NCBI GenBank assembly: GCA_048939995.1
Contig: JBHLOY010000012.1
Coordinates: 1 to 64,000, forward strand
DNA from: Promethearchaeota archaeon
GTDB taxonomy: Archaea; Asgardarchaeota; Lokiarchaeia; Sigyniarchaeales; SOKP01
Direction of reading: 5' to 3'
Length of the DNA: 64,000 nucleotides
Shown: positions 57,984-64,000 of the stretch, piece by piece
Position numbering within the stretch: the first letter of the stretch is position 1
How the letters are laid out: each line of letters starts with the position of its first letter
The notes under the pieces: model-generated
Database searches by the model: none
The model's input: only the letters and a program-made list of their open reading frames with translations
Told to the model about the DNA's origin: nothing
Program-made: the position numbers and the translations under genes

Positions 57984-60900
57984 ATGAAAAGAAAAGCTAT
58001 GTTAGTAGTAATATGCTTAACGTTGGTAATTACTGTATTTACTATATTCCCTTCGAATGTTAGTGCTGTTACTGAAGATGAAATTGAGCAAGCAATAGAA
58101 GATGGAGTTGTTTGGCTTGCCGGTGATCAAGAACTTGATGGAAGTTGGCCGGCTTTTTGGGAAGATGTTGCTACTACAGGTCTAGCTGTTTTAAAACTTG
58201 AGACTTATGCATATGAGGTAGGTTATGAGTCACCATTCGATCCTGCGTACCCATATCATGAGAATGTTATCAATGGATTAAATTATCTTTTTGGATCAAC
58301 AGTAATGTACATAGAGAGTTTATCACTACAGGATCACACTACTGGTGCTACAGGTACAGTTGATGACCCAGATGTTAGAAATAATGGTATTGGGGTATAT
58401 TCACTTGGTTCACCATATTACTTTGAGGTATATGATACAGGGATTGTGTTAGCAGCAATATCAGCCAGTGGTACCCCAGATAGAATAGTAAATGTACCGG
58501 GAAGTATTGTCGATGGATGGAAATACAGCGAGGTAGCCCAAGATATGATTGATTGGCTAGCATATGCTCAGGCAGATCTTGGTGTAGGACAAGGTGGATG
58601 GGAATACAAGGCAGCGGATAATAGTCCAGGGAAAAGGCCTGAAGATCCCAATGCAATTTCGAGTTATGGTCCAGATAACTCTAACTCAGGATATGCGGTT
58701 TTAGGACTTGCTTATGCACAAGATTTTGGATGTATAATTCCAAATTGGGTGAAGATAGAACTCAATGCTTATATTAACAATATTCAAGATCCTGTTAACG
58801 GAGATGATGATGATGGCGGATCATGGTATACCGCTTATAGTACAGCAATTGGGACAAATATTTTGAAAACTGGAAACCTAATCTTCGAAATGGCACTTGT
58901 TGGAGATTCACCAACAACACCAAGAGTTGTTGACGCGTTGGATTATCTAGAACGCCATTGGGGCGATGCAAGTGGAGGTAATCTGCCACCAGGATGGGAT
59001 GGAAACCCTGCACAGTATCAAGCAATGTTCTGTGCGATGAAAGGTCTTGAATACATAGGAATAGATGTCTTTAACGGTATAGATTGGTATCAGGACTTTG
59101 CCCAAAAAATTGTTGAACAACAAAGTGGTGATGGTTCATGGCAGTTATCATCAGGACGTGGAAATCCTACGATAATCACAGCCTGGGCACTACTTGTTCT
59201 TGAAAAGGTTGCTCCGCCACCACCACAAGAGATTCTTCCACCCGAGGTTACTAAGACTGTTTCACCCGAAGATATCATTATTGGATCTGGAGAGAAAGCC
59301 ACAGTAACCATAGAAGTTACAGGTGCGGGTGGTACTGAGTCGACAATTACACCTATGGATGTTGTATTTGCCATCGATAGCTCTGGAAGTATGACCTCGA
59401 GTGATCCCTATAATTTACGCTTGGATGCAGCTAAAGATTTTGTTGATAAAATGGTGGACACACGAGATCAGGCTGGAGTAGTAAGTTGGGACATGATTTA
59501 TCCACCCACCTGGCCAACAGGTATAGATTTCACGTTTGGTCTTTCTAATGATTTTGATGATATAGATGGGGTAAAATACTGGATTGACCAAGTTGATGCT
59601 TCTGGTGGTACTGACCTTAACCTTGGTCTCGATACAGCAATAGATATGCTTGACGCTGGAAAACAGACTGAAGCATCCTGGATTATTATCTTTCTTACAG
59701 ATGGAATGGGGTTATATACACCTTCAGGTTCTCCTGGATCACCAGCTGATGAAGCTGCGTCTAAAGGATATATAATATATTCTATAGGCCTAGGATCAGG
59801 GCATTCTCCTGTACCTTTGCAAGACATGGCAGCAGCTACAGGAGGAGTATATTATGATTCACCCGATCCAGAAAATCTAGAGGAAATATATAACGCGATA
59901 TATGAAGAAATAACCACGAGTACAGTGCCACACTATGTTAATGTTACTGAAGTTACCGAGAGTTATGTCGTCGTTGATGAGACTAGCTTTAACGTTGAGC
60001 CAGATAGTATCACCCATAATCCTGATGGAACCACCACAATCATCTGGGAAAATATCGGTATGTATACTGATGACGATCCAGATATGTCAGCTGATGAAAT
60101 TGTAACTCTAACGTTCGATATAAAATTCAGAACAATAGGAGTTGATTTAGATGTTGATGTCGAAGGAGAATCAATAGTAGAGTATGGTGATAAAGATGGA
60201 AACTATATAGGTTATGTTGAGATCCCTCAGGCTACAATCAACGTTCTTCCATTTGTTACTGATTTGATTGCTGGTGGTGGAAATCCTAAAAGTGCCATTG
60301 ATGTGGGTGATGTTGTTATTTGGAATGATGAAGACTTTCTCTATATTACATATGTAACATATGGTGATTGGTTTATATCTGGGACGCACTTGCATGTTGC
60401 TGCTGATTTAGGGGATATTCCTCAAACTAAGAAGGGTAACCCCATTCCAGGACATTTTGATTATAACACTTGTCATGATCCACCTGTCCAGAATGTTTTA
60501 TATACCATTCCATGGACATGGGCTCCAGAAACAACGCTTTACATTGCCGCTCATGCTGATGTAGTAAAAATTATCGAGGATTGCTTTGAAATTGTAAGTG
60601 ATCAGTCAGTTCTTTGGTCATCAGATGGGATTTCTTGGGAAAATTCATACTCAACTTATGTTCATCCGAGTTGGCCATCAGATCCTTCGATTGAGGGAGC
60701 TACATGGATTTGGAGAACATCTATAACAGATCCTGCTCTCGAATATGCTACAGTACCAGATGGAGGATGGTATTTCCAGAAAAACTTCTTAATCCCCGGT
60801 GTTCCTACTTCAGGCGAGATTTCAATAAATGTAGATAATGCTTATGAACTTTATTTGAATAATGTAATGATTGGTGGAGAAGGTTCAATGAGTAAAGATG

Positions 60901-61154
60901 GTCCAGATTTCTATGAATGGAATACAATTCAATCTTTTGATCTCCTCGATTATCTTAACTCTGATGATAATACTATACTTATCCGAGCTTTAAACTTTTT
61001 TGACGCGGGTACTGCTTACAGCAACCCAGCAGGGATAATTTTCAAGATGCAGGTGTGTTATGAATATATTGAAAAGGAGGAGACTGCGTGGGGCGATGGT
61101 GAAATTTTTGAAGGTGCAAACTGGGCAACATACATAGTATATGTGGATCCTTAA
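57984..61154 (+). CDS. large secreted multidomain protein: alpha/alpha-barrel (prenyltransferase-like repeats), vWA domain, C-terminal beta domains
   Basis: Signal peptide; 'Q..DGSW' repeats; MIDAS 'DSSGS','GGT','LTDG'; 'PQTKKGNPIPGHF'. Confidence 0.85.
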   Translation: MKRKAMLVVICLTLVITVFTIFPSNVSAVTEDEIEQAIEDGVVWLAGDQELDGSWPAFWEDVATTGLAVLKLETYAYEVGYESPFDPAYPYHENVINGLNYLFGSTVMYIESLSLQDHTTGATGTVDDPDVRNNGIGVYSLGSPYYFEVYDTGIVLAAISASGTPDRIVNVPGSIVDGWKYSEVAQDMIDWLAYAQADLGVGQGGWEYKAADNSPGKRPEDPNAISSYGPDNSNSGYAVLGLAYAQDFGCIIPNWVKIELNAYINNIQDPVNGDDDDGGSWYTAYSTAIGTNILKTGNLIFEMALVGDSPTTPRVVDALDYLERHWGDASGGNLPPGWDGNPAQYQAMFCAMKGLEYIGIDVFNGIDWYQDFAQKIVEQQSGDGSWQLSSGRGNPTIITAWALLVLEKVAPPPPQEILPPEVTKTVSPEDIIIGSGEKATVTIEVTGAGGTESTITPMDVVFAIDSSGSMTSSDPYNLRLDAAKDFVDKMVDTRDQAGVVSWDMIYPPTWPTGIDFTFGLSNDFDDIDGVKYWIDQVDASGGTDLNLGLDTAIDMLDAGKQTEASWIIIFLTDGMGLYTPSGSPGSPADEAASKGYIIYSIGLGSGHSPVPLQDMAAATGGVYYDSPDPENLEEIYNAIYEEITTSTVPHYVNVTEVTESYVVVDETSFNVEPDSITHNPDGTTTIIWENIGMYTDDDPDMSADEIVTLTFDIKFRTIGVDLDVDVEGESIVEYGDKDGNYIGYVEIPQATINVLPFVTDLIAGGGNPKSAIDVGDVVIWNDEDFLYITYVTYGDWFISGTHLHVAADLGDIPQTKKGNPIPGHFDYNTCHDPPVQNVLYTIPWTWAPETTLYIAAHADVVKIIEDCFEIVSDQSVLWSSDGISWENSYSTYVHPSWPSDPSIEGATWIWRTSITDPALEYATVPDGGWYFQKNFLIPGVPTSGEISINVDNAYELYLNNVMIGGEGSMSKDGPDFYEWNTIQSFDLLDYLNSDDNTILIRALNFFDAGTAYSNPAGIIFKMQVCYEYIEKEETAWGDGEIFEGANWATYIVYVDP

Positions 61155-61424
61155 AGGAAAAAGAGAGAATACCCGAAAAGTAAACAAGTATGGCAGTTTA
61201 AAATATCCAAAAATTTCTTTTTTTTTTTCTTATTAACTTTTCATGCTTTATGAAATTGAAAAAAGATTAAACAACTTAACCAATAAATCTTATTTCTTTC
61301 TGAAAGTGAAAGATTGGTTTCATGAAGTTCTTAAAAGCAGAACTAATAATTTACTCCTAATCAGAAACTATTAATATAATTTTGATTAATCTATATTCAA
61401 TATTCAAAATTTACTACAAGTAAG

Positions 61425-62777
61425 GTGACTAGAGTGTCAAAAAGTGACAGAGAAAGGTTCTCTATAGGACATACATTAGCATACAGTGCTGGTTTATTTT
61501 CAGATGTAGCATCATACCAATTTTTTACTTTCTTAATTTTTACGTTTTATTATTCAGTAGTTGGCTTACCTACTGATTGGATAACCTGGGCATTTATAGC
61601 TTGGAGCATCTGGAATGCATTAAATGACCCTATGTGGGGTATTATTTCAGATAGGACAAATACTAAATGGGGGAAACGACGCCCATATATTATAATAAGC
61701 TTCATCCCGTTATGCCTTATTATGATTCTTCTATGGACGCCAATAAGAACTAATCAAGTTTCTTCTTTTATCTACTTTTTTATCATAATAATGGCCTTCG
61801 ATACAATTTATACCCTCTATAGTATTAATCAGACTTCTCTTTTTCCAGAAATGTTTCAATCATTAGAAATTAGAACCAAAGTGAACAATATTAGGCAAAT
61901 TTTCTCTGTATTAGCTTTGATTTTTGCATTTATAATGCCAAGCTTTTTTATTTCAGACTATACTTTACCTGAGAATGCCCCCGGTTATGTAATTACCGGA
62001 ATAGTCATGGCTATTATGATGGCTATTGGAGCAATTATTTTTATTCTTTTCGGCATTAAAGAGAAACCTGAATTCTCGGTTGATAAAGAGACATTCCCCT
62101 CCTTCTTTTATTCGTTATGGATTACACTAATCAATAAATCATTTATTTGTTATGCTTTAACTGCTTTAGCAAATTGGTATGTATTTGGAATGCTTCCAAC
62201 AATCGTCCCAATATATGCAAAATTTGTACTTAATACCCCCAGTTCACTCCTTCAGTCTATTTTACTTGGTTTAGCTTTCATTTCATCTATTATATTTATT
62301 TTTCTGTGGCGTTTTGTTACTCTTAAAATTGGTTTAAGAAAGGGTTTCATACTTTCAATGTTAATGTTTATAGTTGTTCTTATCCCCTTTATGTTTATCT
62401 CTGACTTTCTTTCGGGTTTAATCGCATACTTTTTTGTTGGTCTTGGATTATCTGGCTCATTGTTTTTTAGAGACCCACTAGTTTCAGCTATAGCAGACGA
62501 GGATGAACTTGAAACAGGAGATCGTAGAGAAGGAAGTTTTTATGGTGTAAATGCTTTAATAGTAAGGCTTTCGACTATATTCATCTTTGTTACTATTAAC
62601 TCTGTATTTCAAAGTGTAGGTTGGAGAGTCTTCACGCCCGCAACAGTGGGACCAGAGACTATTTTCGGTCTAAGAATGCTAATGTTTGGTTTTCCTGCAA
62701 TTGCACTAGGTTTCGGAATCATTATGATGTTGCTCTTCCCCATTACTAAGAAGAAATTTGAAGTAATAAAAGAATAA
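61425..62777 (+). CDS. GPH/MelB-family MFS sugar transporter
   Basis: 'WNALNDPMWGIISDRTNTKWGKRRPY', 'DELETGDRREG.FYG'. Confidence 0.9.
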   Translation: MTRVSKSDRERFSIGHTLAYSAGLFSDVASYQFFTFLIFTFYYSVVGLPTDWITWAFIAWSIWNALNDPMWGIISDRTNTKWGKRRPYIIISFIPLCLIMILLWTPIRTNQVSSFIYFFIIIMAFDTIYTLYSINQTSLFPEMFQSLEIRTKVNNIRQIFSVLALIFAFIMPSFFISDYTLPENAPGYVITGIVMAIMMAIGAIIFILFGIKEKPEFSVDKETFPSFFYSLWITLINKSFICYALTALANWYVFGMLPTIVPIYAKFVLNTPSSLLQSILLGLAFISSIIFIFLWRFVTLKIGLRKGFILSMLMFIVVLIPFMFISDFLSGLIAYFFVGLGLSGSLFFRDPLVSAIADEDELETGDRREGSFYGVNALIVRLSTIFIFVTINSVFQSVGWRVFTPATVGPETIFGLRMLMFGFPAIALGFGIIMMLLFPITKKKFEVIKE

Positions 62778-62872
62778 GTAAATAAGCTCCATGAGGAGAA
62801 ACAAGCCAAATTATTATCCTCCTAACTTTAAATTTTTTTATTTTTTAAGTTAATTATTCATTTCTCATAGCC

Positions 62873-64000
62873 ATGACAGAAAAACCCAATATTATTTTAT
62901 TTATAACCCATGATCAAGGTCAATTTATAGGTTGTTATGACTCACCACAAACACCAAACTCATTAAACACTCCTAATTTAGACAAACTAGCCAAAGAAGG
63001 GGTTAGATTTACTAACCATTTTTGTACAGCCCCTCAATGTAGTCCAAGTAGGGGAAGTATTCAGACATCTTTATATCCACACCAGCATGGATTAATGGGA
63101 CTAGTAGATCGTGGTTGGACTCTCCCCTCTAACAATAAAACATTACCAATCTATTTAAAAGAAAACGGCTACACTACACACTTGATAGGATTACAACATG
63201 AAAGTAAAGATGTTAAAATATTAGGATATGATACCAACACAAAGCGAAAAAGAGAATTTTCCTATTCATGTAAAAAAATGGAAAGTCAATACTTAGAATT
63301 TTTGAAAGAACATAAGAATGATCCCAAACCTTTTTATGTTTGCATAGGTACATGGGAGATTCACAGACCATTTGATGGATGGGGAATACCGGTGAAACCT
63401 GATGAGGTTAATGTGCCTCCTTATTTGCCTGATCACGAAATGATAAGAAAAGATTTAGCCAATTATTATAGTGCTATTCATATCTTAGATAAATCAATTG
63501 GAAAGGTTACAAATCTGTTAAATGATCTAAGTCTAAGAGAAAATACTGTAATTTGTTTTACAACAGATCATGGAGAACCATTCCCTAGGGCTAAATGTAC
63601 ATTATATGATCCCGGAATTAAAACTGCTCTTCTGCTCTCATATCCTAATATTGATGATTTAAGCAATGGTAAAATAGTAAATCACATGATTAGCAATTTA
63701 GATTTGTTACCCACTTTACTAGACTTAATTGGTGTAAAAATACCTAAATCTATTCAAGGAAAGAGTTTTTTAAATTATGCTCAAGAAGAAACCTTTAGAA
63801 CTGAGATATTTACTGAAAAAACATTTCATGAGTACTATGATCCAATAAGAAGTATTAGAACCGAGAGATATAAATATATCATCAATTTTGAAAAAATGAA
63901 CAATCTATATCAGATAGATTTATTCACTGCTCATGATTCTGCGGGTAAATATATGGAAAATTTAATTAAAGCACCCCGACCTAACGAAGAATTCTACGAT
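62873..64000 (+). CDS. sulfatase (Cys-type, N-sulfoglucosamine-sulfohydrolase-like), truncated by window end
   Basis: Not in ORF track; ATG 62873 MTEKPNIILFITHD..TPNLDKLAKEGVRF..CSPSR (CxPxR), 'HRPF', 'TDHG', 'KCTLYD.G'. Confidence 0.9.
   Translation, partial: MTEKPNIILFITHDQGQFIGCYDSPQTPNSLNTPNLDKLAKEGVRFTNHFCTAPQCSPSRGSIQTSLYPHQHGLMGLVDRGWTLPSNNKTLPIYLKENGYTTHLIGLQHESKDVKILGYDTNTKRKREFSYSCKKMESQYLEFLKEHKNDPKPFYVCIGTWEIHRPFDGWGIPVKPDEVNVPPYLPDHEMIRKDLANYYSAIHILDKSIGKVTNLLNDLSLRENTVICFTTDHGEPFPRAKCTLYDPGIKTALLLSYPNIDDLSNGKIVNHMISNLDLLPTLLDLIGVKIPKSIQGKSFLNYAQEETFRTEIFTEKTFHEYYDPIRSIRTERYKYIINFEKMNNLYQIDLFTAHDSAGKYMENLIKAPRPNEEFYD

Noticed and set aside
57984-59220. Squalene/terpene cyclase activity for the QW-like repeat domain
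   Set aside because: Secreted, single barrel fused to vWA; DDDDG lies in a QW-like loop rather than a DxDD catalytic context
43997-62809. Short overlapping ORFs (43997, 46796, 49645, 51311, 55333, 56714, 57137, 58375, 58795, 59090, 59498, 60171, 60990, 62609)
   Set aside because: Shadow ORFs within hdr, MFS and vWA genes
1-64000. Genome-wide UGA reassignment (alternative genetic code)
   Set aside because: TGA acts as a normal stop elsewhere (e.g. ATGA overlaps at 3041-3044 and 24199-24202), and other long genes have no in-frame TGA
1-64000. tRNA, rRNA, CRISPR arrays, transposases, integrases, defence systems
   Set aside because: No GC-rich cloverleaf or rRNA-like segment, no repeat-spacer array and no such protein motifs were seen by eye

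Overview
AT-rich archaeal chromosomal window, most likely Asgard/Lokiarchaeia. Evidence: archaeal-type uL16, PAN, a profilin-like protein, Rag-like and MglA-like GTPases, a Loki-CTERM-type surface protein and a eukaryote-like SECIS. No rRNA, tRNA, CRISPR or mobile element was recognised. The ORF track misses the main feature, a selenoprotein operon. hdrA (42504-44447) has three in-frame TGA codons and mvhD/vhuD (44452-44892) has two, all at positions that are Cys in paralogs within this window. A single AUGA/GA kink-turn SECIS-like hairpin follows and overlaps the mvhD stop codon. These genes head a roughly 10 kb hydrogenase-free hdrA-mvhD-frhB-frhB-hdrD-hdrA-mvhD cluster that also carries all-Cys paralogs. 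Other notable observations: (1) two secreted-protein genes 50 kb apart share a promoter layout with paired palindromic TTTGATC-N3-GATCAAA sites; (2) a B12 acyl-CoA mutase has isobutyryl-CoA-mutase specificity residues; (3) an arrestin-like protein and an FrhB-like protein share a C-terminal domain; (4) an acyl-CoA synthetase alpha subunit lacks its phospho-His loop. All calls come from reading motifs by eye; no database searches were run.
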